Below, in pieces: positions 40,323-51,358 of a stretch of DNA of 64,000 nt; the first letter of the stretch is position 1; every line of letters begins with the position of its first letter. Made by a program: the position numbers and the translations under genes. The stretch is from NCBI GenBank assembly GCA_016906335.1, contig JADEYG010000007.1, positions 1,860,001 to 1,924,000 on the forward strand. The letters are read 5' to 3'. Source of the stretch: Novakomyces olei (lineage: Eukaryota). Below the pieces are notes generated by a model that worked only from the letters and a program-made list of their open reading frames with translations, was not told where the DNA came from and ran no database searches.

Positions 40323-41390
40323 AATCAAACAAGGACTCGATAGGACTGTGCTTTCCACTATCACAGTAAAATTCTCAATACTGTCCTATTATCATAGATA
40401 AGTGGCAATCAATGCTTTGCGTTTATTGAATTTATCTCGTTCTTTGGCCGGTTTGAGTATATTTTCAAGTTTTTCAGATGAAGTTACCCATTAAACCCTG
40501 TAGTTTACAGGTCAAATTTGGTTTAGCTTCAAGAATATTATTAAGATATCTTGCTTGAGCAATCCAGGCCAAGCTCTTTGGATTAAGCACGGCTTTAAAC
40601 AACGTTTTGCACGAATTAAAGGCTTCGGTGACTCATTAATGTGAGCTCTTTGACTTTTCACGCGTTGTTACTGTTGAGCACGTTTTTTGTATTTGAGCAT
40701 GTGACCGGGTGCTGTTACTTCAGACAATATTTGAGCATGCAACGAATGCTTTGGCGTTAGCTCGCAAATCAGACTACGGCGTCAATTGTTAGCCGGTGTT
40801 TGTGGATTCTTTTGAGAATGATACTCTCTGTATATATAGCTAAATATTTCGTCTCATTCGTAGGTCCATGCATATGTTGACGACAGGAAGCTGGTGAACT
40901 GATTATCATTTATGTCATGTAACGTCATATTCATCTTAACTGTTATCGGGGCTGGTCCGAAAACATCAACCGTTCAACCTCGCTAAAGCTGTCTAATCAT
41001 TTTACAAAATACACCACCGCGGAGGTGGGAGGTGGATGGCAATATGCTCATCCGAAATTACAAAGTCACTTGTACAAAAACGCATCTGTGAATCTGAAAG
41101 GGCAATTTGACGCCGATCAGAATAGTTTCACGAGAATTATCTCGGCTAGCATGCATTTTTTTCTTTTCTTTTTTTTTTTTTTTTTTTTTTTGATTTTTCA
41201 ATTTTCTACTCCTCGCCTCTTTTTGCCTCATTTAATAGAGGCGTCATAGTGGGCGGCCAGCATTTGGCCTAAAGATCCCAGTTATTTCGATCTTGCTCAA
41301 GTAATTTGGAGACATGTGTTGTACAAAACTAAACGCGATTCGTCAGTTTGGCTCCAGACAACAAGAGCCCGCAGACGCGCAGTCCAAAAG

Positions 41391-41435
41391 CACGTGGGTC
41401 ACGTGATGTACACGTTTATTTTATATCGGCACGTG
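41391..41435 (+). promoter_or_regulatory. Cluster of bHLH (Pho4-type) boxes
   Basis: CACGTG at 41391, 41400 and 41430, and CACGTT at 41411; TATAAA at 41630. Confidence 0.65.
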
Positions 41436-41727
41436 ATTGGTCGAGAGGCTTCTGGTAATTACCTAAGCAGAGCAAAATAATTTCGGAGTGATTTCTAAAT
41501 TAGGTAATCTTCTTACCCAAAACGGTGCGGCACTCTTATCTGGGATCAGTCAATGAAGCGGAGTTGCGACAAAAACAAGGAGGAAAGACGAAGACAAAAG
41601 GAAAGAGAAAAAAAAAGAGGAAGAAGGTGTATAAATAATCAATGCAAGGCCCCTTCTCAATCACCCGAAATCGAAATCTCTCCACTCTATCCTCATCCTC
41701 CAAATCTCAAGCTTGAACACTGTAAAG

Positions 41728-43328
41728 ATGGCTTCCTTTGCAGACAAGAGCGTGGAAGATACCAGCAAAGACGAAATCGTGGTTGGTCAGCGCACGTATT
41801 CCCAACAAGACTCTATCGAGAACAATGCCGAATTGGAAGAAAAAGTGCGTAAATCTTCATACTTTAGTATAATTTGCGCCGGGTTTGCGCTCATTTCGGA
41901 TGGTTATCAGTCGGGCGTGATGACTATGGCCAATGTTGCAATGAAACAGCTTTATGGCTCAACTGCATACAGTAGTGATGTGTCGACACGCGTCTCTAAC
42001 GCGTTACTAGTTGGATCTATCATTGGTCAGATTGCTATTGGGATTTTATGTGATAAATCTGGCCGTAAAACGGGTATTGTAGCAACAACATCTCTTCTTG
42101 TTTTGGGCGCTATTCTGTGTACTGCCTCCAAAGCTTCTACACTACACGGCATGTTTTGGTTTCTTACTGTTGCACGCGGTATTGTGGGTGTTGGATTAGG
42201 AGGCGAGTACCCGGCTTCCAGTGCGAGTGTCATTGAAGGTGCTGAAGAACGAATGAGCAAGCGCCGTGGACCTGTTTTTATTCTGGTCACAAAGTAAGAT
42301 TTACATTAAAAATTTTCTTGCTAATATCTAGTCTTATGCTTGCGTTTGGTGGGCCTCTTGCTTGCAGTATCTTTTTGATCGTTATTTCTGCCGCCGGAGT
42401 CAATCATCTCGAAGTGGTATATCATAATAAATTTAATGAATTCTCTTATCATTTTTCCTTTTTCTTTCTGCTAATGTCAGGTATGGCGTGTTTGCTTTGG
42501 AATTGGTATCGTCTTCCCGTTGTCTGTGTTCTATTTTCGTATGAAACTATTGAACTCTGCCTTGTACCGCAAGAGCGCAATGAAGAAAAAGACTCCCTAC
42601 TTGCTCGGTGCTCGAAAATACTGGAAGAGCCTGTTTGGTACTTGCTTTGCCTGGTATGTTGAAGCGAGTTTATCCATAGTTATTCTAACTCCAGGTTCTT
42701 GTATGATTTTGTCACTTTCCCTAACGGCATCTTCTCCGGAACAATTATTTCGTCTGTCGCAGGCACCGGTAATATTGTAAAGACTGCAGAGTGGCAATTG
42801 CTTTTGGGCACCATCTCCCTGCCCGGTGTCTTTGTCGGCGCCTGGCTGTGCAACAGACTTGGTCGCACAAAAACCCTATGCTTGGGCTTTTCTGGTTACC
42901 TTATCTTTGGTCTGATCATCGGTGCGGCCTATGACCAGATAACGCAAATCCTTCCCTTATTTATTGTATTTTATGGACTGATGCAAAGCTGTGGTAATAT
43001 GGGCCCTGGTGATTATATGGGGCTCGTCAGCTCAGAAAGCTTCCCCACACCAGTACGCGGAGCGTTTTACGGGTTATCTGCTGCTGTGGGTAAAGCTGGA
43101 GCGGCTGTTGGAACCGCGTCATTTATTCCTATTGAAGCCTATGGGAAACGCTGGACTTTTATTGCTGCTGCCGCTGTTGGCGTTATCGGTGTCCTCGTGT
43201 CCTGGTTCTGTATTCCCGACATGACAAACAAAGACCTGCGAGAGCAGGATGAAGAGTTTGAAGCGTACCTTGCTGAACACGGATGGACGGGTCATGTTGG
43301 AGAATCTACTGTTGAACCAAAGAACTGA
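41728..43328 (+). CDS. MFS glycerophosphodiester transporter (Git1/Tgp1-like), 4 exons
   Basis: AGFALISDGYQ, GVGLGGEYP, WFLYDFVTFPNGIFS, AEWQLLLG, GNMGPG, SSESFPTPVRG, GKAGAAVG. Confidence 0.9.
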
Positions 43329-43562
43329 TTAGCGCTGGCTCTTTGAACCACGCAGGCTATATAGATACTTGCCGGCACTATGGACTCTACTCATGATGTC
43401 CAGTCGTGTCGAGAAAAATGCTTTTACTCATAATTATATCTCTTAGATCAAATAGATTGTTTTGTGTTTTGAATCAGTTGAATGCCGCGTACGCCTCCGG
43501 CTGTCGTATCCAATAAACTGCGCAGGTAGTATTTGTGGAGTATTTACCCTGTCACATATATT

Positions 43563-43632
43563 AACCAAACCCTATATTATCCTATTATCCTATATTAACC
43601 CTACATTAACCTAACCCTAATCCTAACCCTAA
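43563..43632. repeat. Degenerate TAACCC (telomere-like/telobox) array
   Basis: AACCCTA, ATCCTA and AACCTAACCCTAATCCTAACCCTAA immediately upstream of the AKR start codon. Confidence 0.65.
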
Positions 43633-43634
43633 TA

Positions 43635-44608
43635 ATGTATCAAACTCTGCGATATAAATTTGTGGTCAGAGTACGTGATGGCCGAGTGCGAGGAAGTGGT
43701 ACGGCCCACATTGAGTTGACAATTAACTGTAGGCTTTAGCAGATGGCGCTCGGATTCCGGCGCTCGGACTTGGCACGTACAAGTTACGCGGAGACGAGTG
43801 TATCAAAGTCGTCACTCGAGCGCTCGAGGTAAAGTGCACAGGACACGTACATTGAGGATAACAAAGGCAATCAAATACTGACGGCAGTTAGATTGGGTAC
43901 CGTCTGCTGGACAGCGCTATCGTTTACCGTAACGAAAAAGCCGTTGGACAGGCAGTCAGAGACTTTCTGGCAACGAGGAACGATGTGGCCCGTGCGGACG
44001 TAATAATCCAGTCAAAACTGCCTGATTCTATGATGCAGTACGGCCGTGCTATACGCTCTGTCCGTGAATCTCTCGATCGATTTGGCCTTGATTACATTGA
44101 CGTCTATCTGATCCATTCGCCTCGAAGAGGCCGTGAGGCAAGGCGCGAGGCTTGGCGAGCGCTGTGCGATGCTAAAGCCAATGGCTGGGTCCGCCATATT
44201 GGCGTCAGCAACTATGGCGTTAATCATCTGCAAGAGTTTGAGGCTCTTGATCAATGGCCCTGTATCAACCAGTGCGAATTGTCGCCGTGGTGTCAGCGCC
44301 TCGAGCTCGTAGACTACTGCAAAAATCATGGGATTGTGCTGCAAGCTTATTCGCCACTGACACGAGGCAGTTTGCTCCATGACGAACGGTTACTTGTTTT
44401 AAGCAAGAGCCTGAGCAGGTCACCGGCACAGGTTCTGATTCGCTGGGCTTTAGACCAAGGCTACAGTGTTGTGCCAAAGGCCTCGCAGACGGCACATTTG
44501 CTTGAGAATTATGGTGTTTTTGACTTTAACGTGCATGAAGACTTTAGCGATCTTTGCGGCATGGAATACGTGTCAGAGCCGAACTTCAATCCAATGCGGT
44601 TCCCTTGA
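43635..44608 (+). CDS. Aldo-keto reductase (3 exons)
   Basis: IPALGLGTY, GYRLLDSAIVYRNE (D,Y), SKL (K), YLIHSP (H), IGVSNY, NQCELSP, AYSPL, VVPK. Confidence 0.9.
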
Positions 44609-44921
44609 CACCTGTCCTTTTAAATGCTTGGTTTACTTATAATTAATTAAATAACTACTAGGGTTAGGGTCAATGCATATCGTTTCAACGTATTACGGAC
44701 ACTCTTGTATCATCACGACTACTCTACCAAAACAATAAACAGAATGGGTTACCCTACAGCGTGTAATGCTCACTCGCTGGTTGCGCATCCCAATCTGATG
44801 CAATGCAATGCAATATTCTCCACATCATAATAAAATAAACCAAAATGAAGCATATTAAATAACTTCAACTTTAAGCCATTGGCTTGGCAAAACAGACTTT
44901 TTCCAGATTACTCGGCCACAT

Positions 44922-46829
44922 TCATGCCAATCGGGCGCGCATTGGAGGGGGTGGGGGCGGTGGCCGTTTTTTCATTGGCGATGGTGATCTGTTAGCTGTA
45001 AGAGACGCGTTTGTTCGAACAGCAAGCGGACTCTTTTGGCTTTGAGAACTGGCAGACCGCTGTCTGTTTGTACAGGGTGTTGACTTTGCCGCCTCTGTTT
45101 CATAGGAAGAACTCAAAGTTGAGCTCGGTGCGTGTTGCTGTTGCACATTTCCATACTCATTCTCACTCGTCATTGAGGAAATACTACGCGAAGCTGGACG
45201 AAGAAATCCGGTATTTTGTGGAGAAAACTTGCCCGTACCTGGTGCCGCCATAACTTCCGTTGTATGGTTTACTGGGAAATAGCCGGAGCGGCCTCCGACT
45301 TTGATAGTTTTGCCCTTTTCATCACATACTTCTCCCAACCACCAGCCAGATTCGTGTTCCTCAATAACGGAAACGTGCTCTCCAATATCCAATCGCATTT
45401 CCGTGTCGCTCTCTGGAACAAACTGGAAAACTGCTCGCAATATTTTCACGTCCGTGTTGTTGTTACTGCTAGCTGTTCGAGACATTGGTCGGCTCGGAGG
45501 AGCTGCCACTGCTGTTCCTGCTGTCTCTGGTGAACTGGAAGCAGAAGAGAGGCGGCGAGACTGGAACTGCTCTCTCAACTCATGGATCTGTGCACTGCTC
45601 TGACTCATATGCGAAACATTTCTAGATACACTCGGCCTTTCCGAATGATTAGAACGGGCAGAGAACGAGCTGGGCGCTTGCGACAGTGGCGGGCGTCCAT
45701 TTTGACGCGCTTGGCTGGCTGCAATCGTAGCAAAGCTGGGACGTTAGAATGCGTTTGAAAATTAGAGATATTCGATTCAATCTTGAATAAAAGAGTGTTT
45801 AATTTTTTTAAAAATGTTGAAATATTGAATAATAATGTATAAAGTGTGCATACCTTGCTTCCCATTCCTTTGAAAGTTTACGCATCTCTTCCATGCAGTC
45901 CTCAAAATAACTCATTTGCAGTTCCATAAACTGGCCAAGGTTATTCAAGTGGGATGCTTCTGCTTCTTGAATAGCTTCAATTTTCGATAAAACATCTTCG
46001 TTTGTCTCTTCATATTTGTATCTAGCGATACGCACCTCTTCATCAATACGCGAGTCCTCACGCTTGAGCTTGCTCTGTTTGCTCTGAGCGGCATCGAGCG
46101 CAAGACGCCTTCCCTCGAGCTTGCGTTTTGCTGCTTGATACGCTTTCATTTGCACCAATGACTTTTCTAACGACTCAACCATCGACATTTGCGCTGAACG
46201 ACAAAATCCGTCTTGTGATCTCGCGATATTGTAGAGAGTATCGCCGTAAGCCGTCATAAAGGACCCATAAGGGCTTGAGTGGTCGAGTTCTTGGCAAAGT
46301 AAGTAATTGCTCTGTGTTCTGAACATCGAAACCAAAAAATAAATAAATAAAAAAAGAAGGAATGGAGGGTTAACGGATCCAATTGTAAAGGCGAAACAAC
46401 CATATTCAATTATCTTCAATTGAGATTCATACCTTTACCAAAATCGAGCATACACTGTGACAAAGTTGCAATCGGCATGCTTTTCGTGAGTTCATCGCTG
46501 TCCTTCTTCTTGCTTAAAGTTTTCAGATAGCCAATACTAGCTTCTTGTAGCTTTTCCGTCCCTTTTGCTATTAGCTTTTGACTGTTCACAGCGCCTCATA
46601 AACCGATGGCTTACCTGACTGCCGCATGGACATTTCTTGATCCAAAAGCCTGAAATCATCGGAGCTCTGTGTAAGCTGCTCCTTGCCCAACTATTCAAGT
46701 TAATTTTGCGTATAATTTACGGCCAATTGAAAGCGAATACCTTTTCGTTTCTACATCGTTAGTTTAATTGAGGGCAAGGGTGGGGCCTTACGTCCATTGC
46801 ATCAGCTTGCCAACTTTGCGGTTCATCAT
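44922..46829 (-). CDS. BAR-SH3 domain protein (endophilin-like), 6 exons including a 10-nt microexon
   Basis: MMNRKVGKLMQWTNEKLGKE N-terminal helix, RKLEGRRLALDA, SH3 (AVFQF...GWWLGE...GYFPVNH), C-terminal KRPPPPPP. Confidence 0.87.
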
Positions 46830-47252
46830 TTTGCAGTCGTCAAAGAATTGACGTGTCCAAGCAAGAGGAAGCTGCCTTTGTGTCTTCAATTCTTATCGCT
46901 ACAAAAAATCGTAGCCCTATGCGTATTGCAAAATAAAATCCGCGTTTCCGTGGCTATCTGAACGCGTTATTTGCGTTCGAGACAGACCGATTGGCGTTGT
47001 CTAAGCCTTTTACCTCTGATTCTCAACGCGTAGCGCGTGACATTTAGTGTATTACAGGGTTTTCCAGTCACCCAAGCTATATTGGGAAGCTGCGCATTTT
47101 CAATTATTTATATATCTCGAGTTTTCCGCATATTTTTGTCGATCATATGTGCTGATTATGTTTGGACAGTGTATATTAATTTCCCGTAGTATATTCATAT
47201 ATCAGCATTATCACTTTGCATTGTATACGCAGTGATAATGTTATACAAGTGA

Positions 47253-47343
47253 TATTATTATACGTAGTAATATTATTATACGTAGTACACATTATTTATA
47301 CGTAGTGGTATTATTATACGTAGTTATATTCTTATTATATACG
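47253..47343. repeat. TATTATTATACGTAGT minisatellite, 4 copies plus a remnant
   Basis: Units at about 47253, 47271, 47291 and 47309, separated by 2-4 nt. Confidence 0.75.
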
Positions 47344-47382
47344 GCGCCCATAGCCAAAGGGTTATGTGGACCACCCTTCTTC

Positions 47383-48532
47383 ATGGCAGATACGGCAGCT
47401 ATCTCTGAAGGTTTGCTTTTATATCTGCAATCAATTTTGTTTAGTAGATTTGTCCTTTAGTGTGCTGACGCGGCAGACGATGTCGCTTTGTACGATCGGC
47501 AAATTCGATTGTGGGGTTTCAATGCGCAGCAACGGCTTCAGAATGCGAGCGTTTGTGTAATTGGCGCTGGCGCTTTAGGACAGGAAGTGTGCAAGAACCT
47601 GGTGCTTGCTGGCGTAAAATCTCTTGAAATTGTGGACGCGTCTAGTGTCACTGAAGTTGGCGCCGGGTTCATGGCCACTCAGGCCGAAGTCGGGAAGAAT
47701 GTGAGTTTAATCAATGTACCTTGAAGATTCTGGGTTGCTTACGCCTCAGTCTGCAGAGGCAATTTGCCCTCAGATCCAGGAACTGAATACCCGTGTACAT
47801 GTTTCATACGCGTCTTTTTCACCGGAAAACCTGTCGTCTCCGTTAGCGTTCGATATTATTGTTGTCACTCTTGATCTGCCGTTTGCACAGCTACAACGGC
47901 TCAATGAGCAGTGCCGGCTGGAACACAAAGCATTTTATTGTGCTGCTTGCCACGGGCTTTACGGTTACATTTTTGCAGATTTGGGTACTCATGAATTCGT
48001 GGCGGAAACAGTGAAATCTGGAGAAAAGGTCTCGGTGCAACATCAATTACGATTTATTCCTTTAAAAGACGCATTAAATAATAAATTGGGGTACCTGAGG
48101 CCGCGTGAAGCCAAGCGTGGCTGTCCCGTTTTACCAGCCATACTGGGTAATCTAGAATTATTTATTTATTGACTTGCACTTACCTGAAGCAACTTGGACT
48201 TTTGCAAATGAGCATTCTCGGCCACCTGGGTCTGCTGATGCTTTGGCGTTTGATCATTTAATCAAAGCGAAATGCAAAGATCTCTTGCTACCGACAGAGA
48301 TTGCAAAAGATTATTTTCAAGAGTAGGTTGGATTATGGTTCACAGTTTACTGAAATAAAGATCTTTTCTCAAATGCGTCGGGACTGAAAATGCACCTGTT
48401 GCCTCTGTCGTGGGAGGTGTACTGGCCCAAGACGTTCTGAACGCGTTGGCGGGGCGCGAGCGTCCAATCATGAACCTTTTCGTGTTTAATGGCGATACTG
48501 GCGAAGGTCCAATTTACAATATGACACAATAA
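47383..48532 (+). CDS. AOS1: SUMO-activating enzyme E1 subunit Aos1/Rad31 (5 exons)
   Basis: ALYDRQIRLWGFNAQQRL, EVCKNLVLAGV, GLYGYIFADL, APVASVVGGVLAQDVLN. Confidence 0.9.
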
Positions 48533-48958
48533 TCGGCAGTACGCAAACCCTAAAGGAAAAGCATTGTTTGTGATAGTGAAAAGATTAATAGTTTAGCGTA
48601 TGTAAAGTTTTTTCTCGCACCTAATTACGATTTTCTTTAATAAAGGGCCACTGATGGGAAACGCGTGAATGTAATTTATATATAGTTCTTGACATATATA
48701 GTTGCATAAATTTGATGTGTAGATCACATGAATGTTCAAGCACATTTATTTTGATGCAAATCGCAATAGCTGTACATTTGCAAAGGAACCCCAAATATGT
48801 ATACAAAACAAGAGATAAAGCAACAAAACATAGGACGAAAATGTACAATCGAAATAGCCGCAAACGAGGTCGACAGAGACTCTACAACAGACGGTAAAAG
48901 GTTGTAGATTATTGAAAACACTAGGGGGAAAATAAACAAACCTTTTACCCAATATTTC

Positions 48959-50683
48959 CTAGAACCGTATTTCATACTTGCCGGCCTTTGTCGTATACTT
49001 CACCCATTTTACCGGCTTATAATTGCTCTTTTCACGAATTTTAAGGTACCGCACAGTGAGTCCCGACGCGGTACTCAATAAAAGCTGAAAGTCCAAAGAG
49101 ATCGGAGGACGCTGCCAGCTCGTATACTTTGTATCTGGACCCAATTCAGCAGCACCAACCAAAAGATTATCACTCTGTCCCGTAAATCTATTAATTTTCC
49201 ATACAATTGCGTTCTCCGAGGGCTCATAACGTGCTTTGCCCATAGAAGTGCGTGATACATTTACGTGAGCCGCGTTTAGAGGCACGGGTATCTTTACCAC
49301 AACAGAGGCAACCAGTTTCCGGGCAAAAGTAGACTTTATTCCAATGGAATAATCTACTCTGCTATGGCCAATTTCACTGATAATTGGGTATACTTTAAAG
49401 GGCACTTGAACATTGTCGCTTACGCGGTACCGCATAAGCTCAAACTGTCCCTCTGGAGGAACAAACGTCACCAATTTATCTTGATTGAACCGGTCTAATT
49501 GCACACACTGGTGAAACTGACAGTCCTCCAGCAAAATATTGCCTGTAGCTGTCCCGCTTCCCGGGCCCGGCAGACCTGCATCAATATCATCGTCCGTAAC
49601 GGTATCTGCCACGGCAGAGAGGCCTCCTTTTTTCAATAGAATTTGATCACTTAGCCCTAAAACACACTCGGGGATTCCAGAAAGACTGGCCTTCATTTGC
49701 AATACGCCGTTAACATCAGACCTTAGTGTAGCACCGGACGCAGAAACAATAAGGTTTACACTCTCAATAATATCAAGGTAGCATTCGTTACGTCGATGCT
49801 TGACTCCAGGGTCCCGCCACGGTGTCGCTCCTGTTATCTGATCTGTTATCCTCTCAGACATAGATTTGCCCCACGAAGACTCTGATTTATTCGAGCCGTT
49901 TGCTTTAACAAGGTGGTCGGCAGTAACGTGCCGTTTCAGCAGCTGCGATTCGGTGGTTTGAGGGTATCCAAAATCTATAATTTCTGTCAAATTAATATGG
50001 CTGTCAGAGAGGAAAGCACGAAATTCTGACGAGTGAGCGCAGATTTAAATAGGACAATATTCAAGGATTAAAGTCAAGGATTACAAGCGGGGGCACTTGA
50101 ATAGCAAGATCTATCTATGTGCCATAGGCATGTCAACAATATGGAAAATCAATAGAAAACAGTCTATATTTGCGATTTGCGACTGGTAGCTTACCGTCCA
50201 ATAATTCATAGATTAAAACAAAATTCTGTTTAACTGATGTTTCATCCAAACGATCAAACCACCGCTCACAGATCCCGACCCAACTTTCAAGAAACTCAAA
50301 TATAGTGGCAGCATTCGCATTGTTGCGGGTAACTGCAACCAAATACAGATTCTCGTGTCGAATATAAAAATATGTAGTATTTCCCACCGTAAGCATAGGC
50401 GACCGTACATCCGGGTTCGAGATCACTTGAACCCGGAACGCATCGGCAATCGACCGTCTGCACACAGTTAGACACGCAAGATGGGACGATTAACAAAAAG
50501 AAAAGGAGTTTTATGGAACAATTTAATGAAAAAATAATAAAAAAAGAAGAAAAAGGGATAGATTCTTACCTCATATCATGGCGAAACAAACGGCTTATTA
50601 TCGCCTCGCCCTTTTGCGTAAATATAAATGTGGCCTAAATCGTCGTTAGGTTGATCAAATTAGTAAAATCGTACGGATATCAT
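48959..50683 (-). CDS. APM4: AP-2 adaptor complex mu subunit (4 exons)
   Basis: MIS|ATFIFTQKGE, SIADAFRVQVI, NFVLIYELLDEIIDFGYPQ, QITGATPWR, FHQCV, FVPPEGQFELMRYR, KWVKY, YEIRF. Confidence 0.9.
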
Positions 50684-50878
50684 TGCTCGAAAATAACAGA
50701 ATAATCAGCTAATTGGTAGCAGCTAGAGCTCTGAGGATTTGGAGGAAGTGTTGGTCTTTGCACAGGTAAAACACGTATATACAGCAGGCATCACGATTGC
50801 GGCGCGTCCTCTTTGTATTGATTGCTCATAATTTGGTATATAGAATTGTATACGGGACTGGTATCGCAATTGATTTAG

Positions 50879-50884
<6 letters not shown>

Positions 50885-50915
<31 letters not shown>
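50885..50915. repeat. (TA)n microsatellite
   Basis: About 15 perfect TA units. Confidence 0.9.
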
Positions 50916-50921
<6 letters not shown>

Positions 50922-51358
50922 CTTATGTTCATTTGACTTTTACTTTCATATTTACGAATTATTCTAAGTTTATTATTTATTGATACTCCAATACTTTGAA
51001 TCGAGGGCTATGGCTTTCCCAATATGAATACAAAAGATACAGAAATACAGTCAAAATGCGTTATTTCTATTTGGCAGCTTTAGGTGATTGAAGAGAATAC
51101 ATTAATCTGTTGCAAGAAACAAAATCCAGTTGAGTGGTGACTCTACGTCTAATTAACCTATCCGGTAAATAACCGCCTTTTCCTTTAAAATCGGAATAGG
51201 ATAGAGTATGGTTAAACAAACATTATGCAGGAAACCCAGTAATAAAACAGTTAGTTTAACAATAAGAAAGTAAAACCAAACCGAGCGAATAATTGAATAT
51301 AAAAAGTCAACGTAAATTAAACTATAAAGTCATGAAAAAGAGTTACAAATGTTCCTCT

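Noticed and set aside
47005..47013. GCCTTTTAC resembling U5 snRNA loop 1
   Set aside because: No closing stem on the flanks.
47253..47343. CRISPR-like look of repeats with variable linkers
   Set aside because: Linkers are only 2-4 nt, there are no cas genes and the context is eukaryotic; it is a minisatellite.
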